DNA of 64,000 nt from an uncultured Bifidobacteriaceae bacterium (GCA_964434425.1 CAYSVH010000013.1:13976-77975); one strand, 5' to 3'. Shown: positions 17,797-26,671, numbered from the stretch's first letter. A program made the numbers and translations. The notes: a model not told the origin generated them from the sequence alone.

Positions 17797-18009
17797 GACT
17801 TCGTTGCGGCGCAGGTTGATGCAGCGAATGTCTCGTAGGACCTCGATTCGGCGCACGTGCCACCGAATGGCCGGCTTCCAGAGGATCGCCTCGAAGCAGG
17901 CGCGCGCCGCGGAGGGCGTGATCACGTCGCAGCTGACGCGCTCCACCTTCATCTCGGGGCGGGTGAAGCAGGCGAAGGGAGCGGTGAGTTCCAGGCAGTA
18001 GGTTGCCAC
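17797..18009 (-). pseudogene. cas5: orphan N-terminal fragment of CRISPR-associated Cas5 (type I-C, Cas5d/Cas5c)
   Basis: '[71 protein letters not shown]' matches the highly conserved Cas5d N-terminus ('[39 protein letters not shown]...RRNEV'). Similarity stops after about 71 codons. No other cas gene or array is in the window. Confidence 0.8.
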
Positions 18010-18036
18010 TCCTCGTCTGCTTCTGGCTTCATGGCC

Positions 18037-18455
18037 TCATATCGGCAGGACGCTGAGGAACCCGGAGTCGGCGTATTCGCAGATCTTCCGATCCGCCGTG
18101 ACCAGACGCAGCCCATGTACGCGCGCGGTTGCGATGAGGAATCGGTCAGCCGGGTCACCGTGGACCTCTCCCGGGAGCCCGGTGCTTTCCATCGCGGACT
18201 CCGCGTCCAGCGGCAACAGGCTCGGTCCAGGAGGGGTGATGGCGTCCTCCACCCAGGTGTGGAGAGGAATACCAGGCCGATCAGTCCCGTGGCCGTCAGC
18301 ATGCCGAGCTCCCACACGCTGATCGAGGACACGAATAGCCGGCGTCTGCGGCGTACGGACTCGATTTCTGCGAGTGCGTTCTCATCCAGCGGAGTCTCGC
18401 CCGCCCCGGCGTGCCAGAGCCATACATGGGTGTCGAGCAGGAGCCCGTCCGCCAT
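18037..18455 (-). pseudogene. vapC: PIN-domain toxin (VapC-like) split by a single frameshift
   Basis: The N-terminal half ('LLLDTHVWLW...ISVWELGMLTATG') is in one frame and the C-terminal half ('PLHTWVEDAI...LLPLDAESA...HGDPADRFLIATARVHGLRLVTADRKI') in another. The frames switch around 18268-18285. The ATG overlaps the antitoxin stop (ATGA). Confidence 0.7.
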
Positions 18456-18727
18456 CAGGCGTCCTTGCGTGACGTGCGCTCATACAGATGGTTCTCACCG
18501 TCGGTCTCGGCGGACCAAGCCTCATCCATGGGGGCCAGAATGTCGCCACGGATCTCGATGGTGCCTTTCATGTAACCGAACAGGCTGCGCTCGTCATCCG
18601 GTTCGATCGGCACGACCTGCGCGACAGGCTTGCCGCGTTTCGTGATGACGAGCGGCTGGTGCGTGGCTGCGACTTCGTCGAGCAGCTTCAGGCACTTGGT
18701 CTGGAACTCGGCGGCACCGATAGTCAT
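18455..18727 (-). CDS. Phd/YefM-family type II antitoxin
   Basis: 'MTIGAAEFQTKCLKLLDEVAATHQPLVITKRGKPVAQVVPIE' is a typical prevent-host-death antitoxin. Start set at ATG 18727. Confidence 0.75.
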   Translation of the reverse strand: MTIGAAEFQTKCLKLLDEVAATHQPLVITKRGKPVAQVVPIEPDDERSLFGYMKGTIEIRGDILAPMDEAWSAETDGENHLYERTSRKDA

Positions 18728-18808
18728 GGAGAACTCCTTGTGACCGGTTTGACTGGTCATTATCACGCTGGGGCATGCCATCTCGAGGCCTGACCGAGTC
18801 CCGTCCCC

Positions 18809-18994
18809 TCAAAGGACCCAGTCATCGGCCTGCCGTGCGCTCTCCTCCGGCATCAGCCCCAACGTTGCGTCGTAGAGGCCATGGCTGCACTGCACGTACA
18901 TGCCCGGCAGGATTTCTTCGATATCGCCACGCTCCCGAAGGAGTGCGATCTCCCGATTGGGGAGGTTGACGATGTAGCGCTGCAGCTTGCGCAT
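18809..18994 (-). CDS. hypothetical protein or fragment (weak AbiEi-like 'G-D-I-x-x-I-x-P-G-M-Y' motif)
   Basis: High GC3. The frame is open upstream to about 19063 without a canonical start. 'REIALLRERGDIEEILPGMYV' resembles the N-terminal motif of AbiEi-type antitoxins. Low certainty. Confidence 0.3.
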   Translation of the reverse strand: MRKLQRYIVNLPNREIALLRERGDIEEILPGMYVQCSHGLYDATLGLMPEESARQADDWVL

Positions 18995-19072
18995 CAGCCA
19001 CCGCTCCGGACCGTCGTGGCGCAGGAGGCCGACCCACTGTTCGACCTGCTCGTGCTCTCTGGAGCACGATGG

Positions 19073-19318
19073 TCAGGCCTCCCGCGAGTTTGCGAAGTCC
19101 GGCGACGGCTCGATCAGCACCTCTGGGTCGTTCCCGAACAGATAGTCCACCTTGAGCGCGCGGAAGTGGGCCTCACCGAACTTGATCTTCCAGCCCTCCG
19201 ACTCCCACTGGAGCTTGCCGATGTCGTCCGTGCCCTTCGTCTCGCGCACCAGGTAGAGGGTGTGCCTGTCGCCCTCCCGTCGCACGAGGGCCCAGTCCGG
19301 GTTGTTCATCGGTTCCAT
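19073..19318 (-). pseudogene. C-terminal fragment of a restriction-enzyme (type III Res / helicase-nuclease) protein
   Basis: 'HTLYLVRETKGTDDIGKLQWESEGWKIKFGEAHFRALKVDY' matches the 'lyfVvETKG...E..KI..g..HF.al' C-terminal endonuclease motif. Upstream (19318-19590) only multiply frameshifted coding-like scraps remain. Confidence 0.5.
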
Positions 19319-19589
19319 CGCTCCGGTGAGGATTCACGCATCGCGCCGCACCCGTGTGGATGATGTCGTGCCACAACTCGGCTTCGGCCCGAACTGCGGC
19401 CGATGGCTGCTTTTCTGATCGCCGAATCGCAGCACGCCTTTGGACAGCAACTCGCGCACCACGCTCGGCGGTCACGGTCGCCACGTCGTAATCGACTTCG
19501 ACCGGAGGCCGGTGGTCGGGAATGGGGATCGGGAGCCCGGTGGATCTTCGGCGCGCGCGGTGGCCTCAAGCGACCGCATTCCCCACCCA

Positions 19590-19662
19590 TGGGCCGTCTG
19601 GGACTCGAACCCAGGACCTTGGGATTAAAAGTCCCCTGCTCTACCAGCTGAGCTAACGGCCC
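19590..19662 (-). tRNA. tRNA-Lys: tRNA-Lys (anticodon TTT)
   Basis: Hand-folded cloverleaf: GGGCCGT/ACGGCCC acceptor, GCTC/GAGC D stem, anticodon loop CTTTTAA, CTGGG-TTCGAGT-CCCAG T arm, discriminator A. 73 nt, no encoded CCA. Confidence 0.95.
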
Positions 19663-19729
19663 GGCGCCTGTGAGCTTACTCCGCCGGGATGGGTGCCCCG
19701 CCCGATGTCATCGGGCGGGGACACGCGTC

Positions 19730-20047
19730 TCAGCCGGTGCCGGACTCCTGCTCGTCCGCCACGGCGATGTCGATGGAGTCCTGGCTGAAGTACTCCGCGG
19801 TGTGCCGGAGCTCGCGCTTCGTCAGGCGGACGGCCACCACTCGATCGTGATGGTCGACGTCCGCGATGATCCGGGCCGGGACGATGTGCGGACGGTGGAA
19901 GAGGTGGCCGGTCGCCACGACGAAGCTCGAGAGCGGCGTCTCGACCGTGCTGGGATGCACACGTCCCACCGGGCCGTCCGTCGCCACCACGCGATAGCCG
20001 ACGAGCTCGTTCGTGTTGATGTCGCCTGTGCGGGTGTCGTCTGCCAT
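19730..20047 (-). CDS. PRC-barrel domain protein
   Basis: ATG 20047 ('MADDTRTGDINTNELVGYRVVATDGPVGRVH...VPARIIADVDHHDRVVAVRLTKREL'), a typical PRC barrel. Confidence 0.75.
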   Translation of the reverse strand: MADDTRTGDINTNELVGYRVVATDGPVGRVHPSTVETPLSSFVVATGHLFHRPHIVPARIIADVDHHDRVVAVRLTKRELRHTAEYFSQDSIDIAVADEQESGTG

Positions 20048-20319
20048 GAGAACGTCTCCGTCTGTACGGGGTGCCGATCGTGAGGCCGAAGCAACGTGCG
20101 TCGCCGTGCCACCGTCCTCACGGGGCGAACGTCTGAGCTGGACCGAACGTTTCAGGTGGATGAACGTAGGTACCCGTGTCTCTACCCGCTCCTCGTCGAA
20201 AGCGAACCCGTCGTGCGGCACCCGCCCCAAGGCGATTGTTGCCCGGGGTGCGGCCCTCCCGCCGCCCGGTTCGGCAGGCTGTGCCTGCGAATGGGCAATC
20301 CGCGTCAACGAGGTCGTAC

Positions 20320-21399
20320 GTGTTCGAACGCTTTCTGATCCGCCAGGTCCTCTTCCGCCTCGACCCCGAGCGGGCGCACAACCTGACCATGCACGGATTG
20401 CGCGTCCTCTCGCGGTTCCCCGGTGCCGAACGGGCCCGCGCCCGGCGGACGGTGGCCGATCCCCGGCTGGAGCAGGAGATCTTGGGTCGCCGCTTCCCCA
20501 ATCCGGTCGGGCTGGCGGCGGGGCTCGACAAACAGGCCGAGGCCATCCCGGCATGGGCCCGACTCGGATTCGGTTTCACCGAGGTCGGCACCATCACGGC
20601 CGAGCCTCAGCCGGGGAACCCCCAGCCGCGGGTGTTCCGGCTACGGGAGGACGAGGCCCTCATCAACCGCTTCGGATTCAACAGCGAGGGATCCGAGGCG
20701 GTCGCGCGGCGTCTCGCCCGCGTCGAGATGTCCGGGAGGGCCCACCGCATCCCGCTCGGGATCAACATCGGGAAGAGCAAGCTGGCGGAGGACGCCGAGG
20801 CGGACTACCTCACCACGTTCGGCCGCGTCGCCCCGTTCGCCGACTACGTCACCGTCAACGTGAGCTCGCCCAACACGCCCGGGCTGCGCGACCTCCAGGA
20901 GCGCACCGCGCTGGAGGGCCTGCTCTCGCGGCTGGCCGAGGTGAACCGCGCGCAGCGCGTGCCGTGTCCCATCCTGGTCAAGGTGGCCCCGGATCTGGAC
21001 GACGCGGCGCTCGACGCCATCGTGGATCTGGCCACCGAACACGTCCAGGGGATCATCATCGCGAACACCACGCTCGCCCGCGACGGGCTGCGATCCGCAC
21101 ATCGCGACGAAGCCGGCGGGCTCTCCGGCCGTCCGGTGCACCGGCGCTCGACGGACATGATCCGCCGTGCCCACCTGCGCGCCCCGGACTTCCCGATCAT
21201 CGGCGTCGGCGGCATCTTCAGCGGGGCCGACGCCTGGGAGAAGATCACCTCCGGCGCGCGCCTGGTGCAGGTGTACACCGGGTTCATCTACCAGGGGCCG
21301 GCCCTCATCACCGAAATCAACCGAGACCTGGTGCGGTTCATGGACCGTGCCGATGCCGCGTCCCTGTCGGATGTCGTGGGGAGCGCCGCACGCGTGTGA
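20320..21399 (+). CDS. pyrD: dihydroorotate dehydrogenase (quinone), class 2
   Basis: 'FRLDPERAHNLT', 'FPNPVGLAAGLDK', 'GFGFTEVGTIT..PQPGNPQPRVFRL', 'NRFGFNSEG', 'NVSSPNTPGLRDLQ', 'IIGVGGI'. Start set at GTG 20320 by homology to the usual N-terminus. Confidence 0.9.
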   Translation: MFERFLIRQVLFRLDPERAHNLTMHGLRVLSRFPGAERARARRTVADPRLEQEILGRRFPNPVGLAAGLDKQAEAIPAWARLGFGFTEVGTITAEPQPGNPQPRVFRLREDEALINRFGFNSEGSEAVARRLARVEMSGRAHRIPLGINIGKSKLAEDAEADYLTTFGRVAPFADYVTVNVSSPNTPGLRDLQERTALEGLLSRLAEVNRAQRVPCPILVKVAPDLDDAALDAIVDLATEHVQGIIIANTTLARDGLRSAHRDEAGGLSGRPVHRRSTDMIRRAHLRAPDFPIIGVGGIFSGADAWEKITSGARLVQVYTGFIYQGPALITEINRDLVRFMDRADAASLSDVVGSAARV

Positions 21400-21683
21400 G
21401 CGAGGGGGTGTCCGGCCAGCGAACGGGGCGGATCTAACGGGATGCGTCGATACGACGGTAAGTCGGGTGGCGGGCCCGTCGGATGGGTGCCGGGACGACA
21501 CTCGATCACGAGCCGGTGAGAGACGCCCGCGGAGGGCATCCGGTGAGTGCCCTCCGGCTAGGATCGGCCCACGTCACAGGCGACCCGCCCCATGCGGGTC
21601 AGGGGGAACGAGGGATGGACCGACAGAACGATCCGTAGGCCGACTCCACGGACCGGTGGGAGCACGATCAGACGACCGATCCG

Positions 21684-22196
21684 GTGGATGAGCCACCGCC
21701 GGTCCGCAGTATTCGCGTCACGGCCGCGCGACTCGCCGTCTTCTGCGTGGTCGCACTCCTCCTTCTGACCGTCGCGGTCGGCAGCTCCATCCTGGCCTTC
21801 GTCAACAACGACCGCGCCGCGGGATGGCAGGATCGGACCGACTCGCTCCAGACGCTCGTCGCCGACCGGACGAAGGCGCTCAACGATCAGACCCAGCGGC
21901 TGAACACCGCCGCCGACGCGCTGAAGAAGAGCCAGGCCGCGCTCACGAGGAGCGAGACGGACGTCGTCGGCCTCCAACGGCGTCAGACGGAGCTCGCCAA
22001 CGAGAAGGCCCAGATCGCCGACGAGCGAGCCTTCCTTGAACGGGCCACAACGCTGCTTCGCAGCTGCAACGAGGGCCTCACCCAGATGCTGTCCGCGGTG
22101 GCCGATGGACAGGACCCCTCGGTCACGCTCGATCTGGCGCAGATCAGCCGCACCTGCGAGAGCGCCAGCAACGCCATCCCCGGCACCGGTGGCTGA
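21684..22196 (+). CDS. hypothetical membrane-anchored coiled-coil protein
   Basis: GTG start. TM helix 'LAVFCVVALLLLTVAVGSSILAF' followed by heptad-like Q/L/A-rich sequence. Confidence 0.6.
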   Translation: MDEPPPVRSIRVTAARLAVFCVVALLLLTVAVGSSILAFVNNDRAAGWQDRTDSLQTLVADRTKALNDQTQRLNTAADALKKSQAALTRSETDVVGLQRRQTELANEKAQIADERAFLERATTLLRSCNEGLTQMLSAVADGQDPSVTLDLAQISRTCESASNAIPGTGG

Positions 22197-22197
22197 C

Positions 22198-22950
22198 GTG
22201 CGGGCACGACGCACCGCCCTCGCCCTCATCGCCCCCCTCCTCATGTCCGGATGCGGCGTGATGGCCGACGCCCCGCCGTCCGGGTCGGCGGAGGAGGCCG
22301 CACCGGCCCTGGTCGCCGAGAGCGCGGCGGCGAAGTCCGTGACCAGCATCACCATCCCCACGCTCACACAGGACGGCTTCGAGCGGCGTGCCAACCTCAT
22401 CTCGATGAGGGTGCGCAACCTCTCCTGCCAGGGTGTGTCCACCGGGTCCGGATGGGCGCTCAACCGCACCACCCTCGTCACGAACCGTCATGTCGTGGCG
22501 GGTGCCGACCGGCTGGAGGTGGAGGCGGGAGACGGCCGGTCGTACACCGTGAGGGCGGCGCAGGCGGGCGTGCTCGGCGACATCGCATTCGTCGACGTGG
22601 CCGAGACGCTTCCCGTGACCGCGGACGTCCATCACACCGTCGGGCAGGGCGACGAGGTCGCCGCCGTCGGCTATCCGCAGGGCGGCCCCTTCACCATCAC
22701 GCGCGGTGTGGTCATCGATGTGGTCGACGGCAGCGCGTTCGGCGTCCCCGACCAGGTTCTGCGTGTGTCGGCGCGGGTGCAGCCGGGCAACTCCGGCGGT
22801 CCTCTCCTGGATTCGCGCGGTCGCGTCGTGGGCGTGGTCTACGCGATCGAGACGGCCACGGGTCTCGGGCTGGCGATGCCCATGACCACGGTGGACAACC
22901 TCGTGCAGAGCGGCGGATTCGAAGGTGTACCGCCCTGCGGATCGCAGTAG
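22198..22950 (+). CDS. trypsin-like (S1 family) serine protease lipoprotein
   Basis: GTG 22198, 2 nt after the upstream stop. Lipobox 'LLMSGCG'. His 'TNRHVVAG', Asp 'GDIAFVDV', Ser 'QPGNSGGPLLD'. Confidence 0.8.
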   Translation: MRARRTALALIAPLLMSGCGVMADAPPSGSAEEAAPALVAESAAAKSVTSITIPTLTQDGFERRANLISMRVRNLSCQGVSTGSGWALNRTTLVTNRHVVAGADRLEVEAGDGRSYTVRAAQAGVLGDIAFVDVAETLPVTADVHHTVGQGDEVAAVGYPQGGPFTITRGVVIDVVDGSAFGVPDQVLRVSARVQPGNSGGPLLDSRGRVVGVVYAIETATGLGLAMPMTTVDNLVQSGGFEGVPPCGSQ

Positions 22951-23132
22951 CGGACACTCCGCTGACGTAAACGTTCATCCGGCGCTGCCGACGAGGGCGC
23001 CGCCTGCGATCGATCCTGCGATCGTCGGCATCGAGCGGCACCCCGGGCACCGGGAGCGAACCGGGCGGGATCGTTCCATTCACCCGCGGCGCCGGTCGAC
23101 GGCCCACCCGGGTGGGCCCCATGTTCGCAGCA

Positions 23133-23510
23133 TCATCCTGGCAGCCGCTCTCCCGGTGTTCGTCGCCGGCGCGATCCGTGCGCCCCCCACCGCCGGATGC
23201 CGCCGGAGTCACCTCCGGGCCGGATGGCGCCGGAGCGAGGCCCTGGCCGCTGCGACGACCAGGACACCACGACGGCCGGCATGAAGGTGAGAACCCATAC
23301 GCGGGTCTCCACCGGGGCGGTGGCGAACCACGAGTTCATGAACGGCGCGTACATGAACACGAGCCGACGTGCGACGAGAACCGCGGCGGAGAGCCAGATC
23401 CACGTGTTCGCGTCCGGTGGATGTTGCCGCAGGGCCGGACGACTTGCGGCCAGGATCAGTGGCGCTACCCTGAAAATACTTCGTAGTACGATATGAAAGC
23501 GAGGAGACAT
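23133..23510 (-). CDS. possible membrane-protein gene or remnant (uncertain)
   Basis: Only the 3' two-thirds ('TWIWLSAAVLVARRLVFMYAPFMNSWFATAPVETRVWVLTFMPAVVV') has host-like GC3 and hydrophobic character. The 5' codons are AT-ending, so the start is unclear. Confidence 0.25.
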   Translation of the reverse strand: MSPRFHIVLRSIFRVAPLILAASRPALRQHPPDANTWIWLSAAVLVARRLVFMYAPFMNSWFATAPVETRVWVLTFMPAVVVSWSSQRPGPRSGAIRPGGDSGGIRRWGAHGSRRRRTPGERLPG

Positions 23511-23883
23511 GTCCAAGACGCAAGCACTGACCACCCGCATCGTGGGTTACCAGGCCCGCGTCGCCGACGGCTCCGCCGTGGTGGGTGAGGTCCAGGGCGT
23601 CCGGCCGCGCGGCGTCCGAATCCACAGGATCCCCGGCCACCCCCGGCACCACGGATACCTGCCCGACGAGGCCATCGCCCGAGTCGACCCGGATACCAAC
23701 ACGCTGTTCCTGGCGTCCGGCGTCGGACTTGCGGAGGTCATCGACGCGCCCGCACCACCGGACGAGAGCCCGAATGCATGGCACACAAGCGTCGACTGGT
23801 GGGCCGACCTGCTCGGCCACTACGGCCTCTCGGACCCCGCAGGGAAGGGCAGCGAGCCCTTCCTTCACGCCGACCAGAAGTAG
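23509..23883 (+). CDS. hypothetical protein (PRC-barrel/DUF2171-like)
   Basis: ATG preceded by 'gaggag'. 124 aa with high GC3. 'IVGYQARVADGSAVVGEVQGV' resembles PRC-barrel-type N-termini. Confidence 0.65.
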   Translation: MSKTQALTTRIVGYQARVADGSAVVGEVQGVRPRGVRIHRIPGHPRHHGYLPDEAIARVDPDTNTLFLASGVGLAEVIDAPAPPDESPNAWHTSVDWWADLLGHYGLSDPAGKGSEPFLHADQK

Positions 23884-23896
23884 ATCGCCGCGCGGG

Positions 23897-24316
23897 ATGG
23901 ACACCGATCTGGAACCCGCTCTTGCGGACTATCAGCGCGCGGCGGCCCTCCGTGCCGCCGTGCGCAGCTTTCTTCGCCGTGGGGAGGAGGCCGCGCGTCG
24001 TGCGCAGCTCACTCCCCGCACCCAGTTGCTGCTTCTGATGATCAAGGGCGCACCGGACGGGAATGAGACGGCCACCGTGACCGAGCTCGCGGAGCGTCTG
24101 AGCCTCGCTCAGAACACGGTCACCGAACTGGTCGCCCGCACCGAAACCGCCGGACTGCTGAGACGTGAGGCCTCCGCGCGTGACGGTCGCGTTGTGCACC
24201 TGCGCCTGACGGCGGAGGGGGAGCGCCGACTGGCCGAGACCGTCGCGGATCTCCGCGCGGATCGTGAGGCGCTCGTCAACGTGCTCGCTCTCGAGCGCGC
24301 GCTCTTCGCGTCCTGA
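23897..24316 (+). CDS. MarR-family transcriptional regulator
   Basis: 'LTPRTQLLLLMIKGAPDGNETATVTELAERLSLAQNTVTELVARTETAGLLRREASARDGRVVHLRLTAEGERRL' is a winged-helix MarR pattern. Confidence 0.85.
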   Translation: MDTDLEPALADYQRAAALRAAVRSFLRRGEEAARRAQLTPRTQLLLLMIKGAPDGNETATVTELAERLSLAQNTVTELVARTETAGLLRREASARDGRVVHLRLTAEGERRLAETVADLRADREALVNVLALERALFAS

Positions 24317-24473
24317 CATCAGGTCATGAGCCCGGAGAGGGCGTGAGGGCACCGGGAGGCGGCAGCCGACCGGTGCGCCGGGATCGTCCCCGCTGTCGGC
24401 ACCGGGGACCCATCGCGCATGTGGATGCTCCGGTCGCTACGATCGCCCGGTCCACGTCGAGAGAGGTCACCTG

Positions 24474-25229
24474 ATGGTGCCGCGCGTTCGAAGCCTGATC
24501 GCCATCGTCAGCGCCGCTGTTGCGGTTGCGGGCTGCGGCCCTGATGATGAGCCGGCATATGAGCCGCCGGCGCTGGTGCACGTGATCGCCGACGAGGCGA
24601 TCCGCCAGCCCATGGTCTACCTCGGCAACCGGTGGAGGGAGATGAGGGACGATCGCGCGGTGTTCGTCTTCGGGCCGTCGCCCGACATGGTCGAGCACGC
24701 GCGCACCCAGGAGAACGCCGACGTCCTCGTCACCGACGACCGGGCGCTCATGGACCGGGCGAAGACCGACGGTCTCCTCGCCGGTGATCCCGTGCCGATC
24801 GCCGTCAACCGCATCGTCCTCGGGGTCCCCACGGCCAGCCCGATCACCGACCTGAGCGGTCTCGACGGAACCCGGTGGATCGAGTGCACGGCCGACACCA
24901 CCTGCGGGCGCATCACCGATGCCCTCCAGACGGCCAATGACTTCGAGGGTGAGCCCTACCAGCGGCTCGCGCCCATGGAGATCCTCGGCAGGGTGACCTC
25001 CGGACGGGCATCGGCGGGCTTCATGTGGGCCAGCGAGGCGCAGGAGGCCGCCGCGGGCTCGCTGGTACGCACCGTCGAGGTTCCCGGGGCGGAGAACCAG
25101 ACGGTCACGTACCTCATCGCGCCACTTGCGAGGTCGGCCGATCCCGACGCGGCCCGGGCGTTCGTCGAGCTCACGACGTCGGATGAGGGGAAGCGGCTCA
25201 TCCGTCAGGGGAAGTTCGCGCTCCCGTAG
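24474..25229 (+). CDS. periplasmic substrate-binding lipoprotein (ModA-like fold)
   Basis: Lipobox 'VAVAGCG'. About 250 aa with type II SBP size and pattern. No cognate permease or ATPase adjacent. Confidence 0.6.
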   Translation: MVPRVRSLIAIVSAAVAVAGCGPDDEPAYEPPALVHVIADEAIRQPMVYLGNRWREMRDDRAVFVFGPSPDMVEHARTQENADVLVTDDRALMDRAKTDGLLAGDPVPIAVNRIVLGVPTASPITDLSGLDGTRWIECTADTTCGRITDALQTANDFEGEPYQRLAPMEILGRVTSGRASAGFMWASEAQEAAAGSLVRTVEVPGAENQTVTYLIAPLARSADPDAARAFVELTTSDEGKRLIRQGKFALP

Positions 25230-25400
25230 GGGTTCGGGATGCCGCGAGCCTTCTCCGGTGCACCCCGAGGAGCACCGCGGCCGGGCACCATCCACTCCGC
25301 CGCCCTCTCGCCGACGCGGTCCCAGAGGCATGAACGCCGATCTGACAGAGCCCGGATGCTTCTGTAGGTTTCTTCACACTTTGGCCTTGGAAGGACAGAC

Positions 25401-26219
25401 ATGATGCGCCGCATACTGACCGCCGCCCTCGGATTGGGAATCGTCCTCGCCGGTGCGACATCCGCATCCGCCGCGTCCATCAAACGCACGTCGGGGAAGG
25501 TCACGGCGACGCTCAACTACACGAACGACCGGGCTCCCTACGGCGGCTACGTCACGGCCACCGGCCTGGACCTGGTCGTCCAGACCCGGGGGCGGCCGGT
25601 CAACCGCATCACCGGCAAGGGGCTGCACTTCCGGGCCCCGGGCAACGTCATCCAGCCGAGGACCGCCCTCGTGGTGCGCGACATCACCGGTGACGGCGAC
25701 CCGGAGATCCTCATCTCCACGTTCACGGGCGGGGCGCACTGCTGCTTCGAGACCCGCGTCGTCCGGTGGATGCCGAAGGCCGGACGCTATGTCGTCTCCA
25801 AGCACGACTGGAGCGGCGCCGCCCCCAAGATCCAGCTCCTCAACCGCGACCGGGTGCCGGAGTTCGTCGGCTACGACATGCGCTTCGCCTACCTGCTGGA
25901 CGCGTCCTACGCCGACTCCATGTTCCCGCCGCGGGTATGGAACTACCGGAACGGCCGGTTCGTCGAGGTGACCAAGCGGTTCCCCGCGGTCAGCGTGCGC
26001 GGCATGAACCGGGCGTGGGCCGCCTATCAGCGGCTGCGCACCCGGCAGACCACCGCGCGCGGCAACCCGCTCGCCGCGTACCTCGCCGCCGCGTCCAACG
26101 CCGGCCCCGCCCATCGCCGGGCCGCCTGGAACCGGGCGATCGCCGCCGAGAGGAACAACCCGTCGATGATCGACCGCGTCCGCTGGGAACTGCGGCGGCT
26201 GGGCTACCCCAACAGCTGA
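25401..26219 (+). CDS. secreted hypothetical protein
   Basis: Signal peptide 'LTAALGLGIVLAGATSASAA'. 'VVRDITGDGDPEILISTFTGGAHCC' is a FG-GAP/VCBS-like motif. RBS 'ggaagga'. Confidence 0.7.
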   Translation: MMRRILTAALGLGIVLAGATSASAASIKRTSGKVTATLNYTNDRAPYGGYVTATGLDLVVQTRGRPVNRITGKGLHFRAPGNVIQPRTALVVRDITGDGDPEILISTFTGGAHCCFETRVVRWMPKAGRYVVSKHDWSGAAPKIQLLNRDRVPEFVGYDMRFAYLLDASYADSMFPPRVWNYRNGRFVEVTKRFPAVSVRGMNRAWAAYQRLRTRQTTARGNPLAAYLAAASNAGPAHRRAAWNRAIAAERNNPSMIDRVRWELRRLGYPNS

Positions 26220-26335
26220 TCGTCACCCGGAGGTACGGCGGGGCGTGGCCTGAACGGGGCATCCCCGCGGTGTCGGGAGCCGGTGCCGGTGGAGTGTGCT
26301 CCGAGCCCGATGGCCCGGAGCACGCCCGCGCGGTG

Positions 26336-26671
26336 CTACTTCTGCTCGAGCAGCTGCTGCAGCTCGCCGCTCTCGTACATCTCGGTGGTGATGTCACAGC
26401 CGCCGACGAGCGTGCCGTCGACGAAGAGCTGCGGGCTGGTGGGCCAGTCCGACCACGAGGTGAGGATGTCGCGGATGCGGGGATCGGCCAGGATGTCGCG
26501 GGCGCCGAACTCGGTCCCGGTCAGGCGAAGGATCTGCACCACCCGGTTGCTGAAGCCGCAGCGCGGCATGTCGGGGGTGCCCTTCATGTAGACGAAGACG
26601 CGGTTCTCGGCGACCTCCTTCTTGATCTGCTCAAGGATCTCGTCGTCGGTCATCGTGAGTGTGTCGCTCAT
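26336..26671 (-). CDS. monothiol (Grx4-type) glutaredoxin
   Basis: 'VFVYMKGTPDMPRCGFSNRVVQIL' carries the CGFS active site. 111 aa. Confidence 0.9.
   Translation of the reverse strand: MSDTLTMTDDEILEQIKKEVAENRVFVYMKGTPDMPRCGFSNRVVQILRLTGTEFGARDILADPRIRDILTSWSDWPTSPQLFVDGTLVGGCDITTEMYESGELQQLLEQK

Noticed and set aside
17030-19662. Integrated prophage or integrative element with att sites at tRNA-Lys
   Set aside because: There is no integrase, recombinase or phage structural ORF. The only match to the tRNA 3' half is a 7-nt 'cgaaccc' near 17035, which is not significant.
17000-19700. CRISPR array or intact cas operon near the cas5 fragment
   Set aside because: I scanned both strands for regularly spaced 28-37-nt direct repeats and found none. 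No Cas3, Cas8c, Cas7, Cas4, Cas1 or Cas2 motifs are seen in any listed ORF.
20013-21437. 474-aa and 407-aa alternative reading frames and starts over pyrD
   Set aside because: Only the frame starting around 20320 carries the dihydroorotate dehydrogenase motifs. The upstream extensions are Arg/Pro-rich and overlap the divergent PRC-barrel gene region.
21530-21555. Hairpin GGAGGGCA-tccggtga-TGCCCTCC as the pyrD terminator
   Set aside because: It lies about 130 nt after the pyrD stop, has only an 8-bp stem and no U-tract. The evidence is insufficient to call a terminator.
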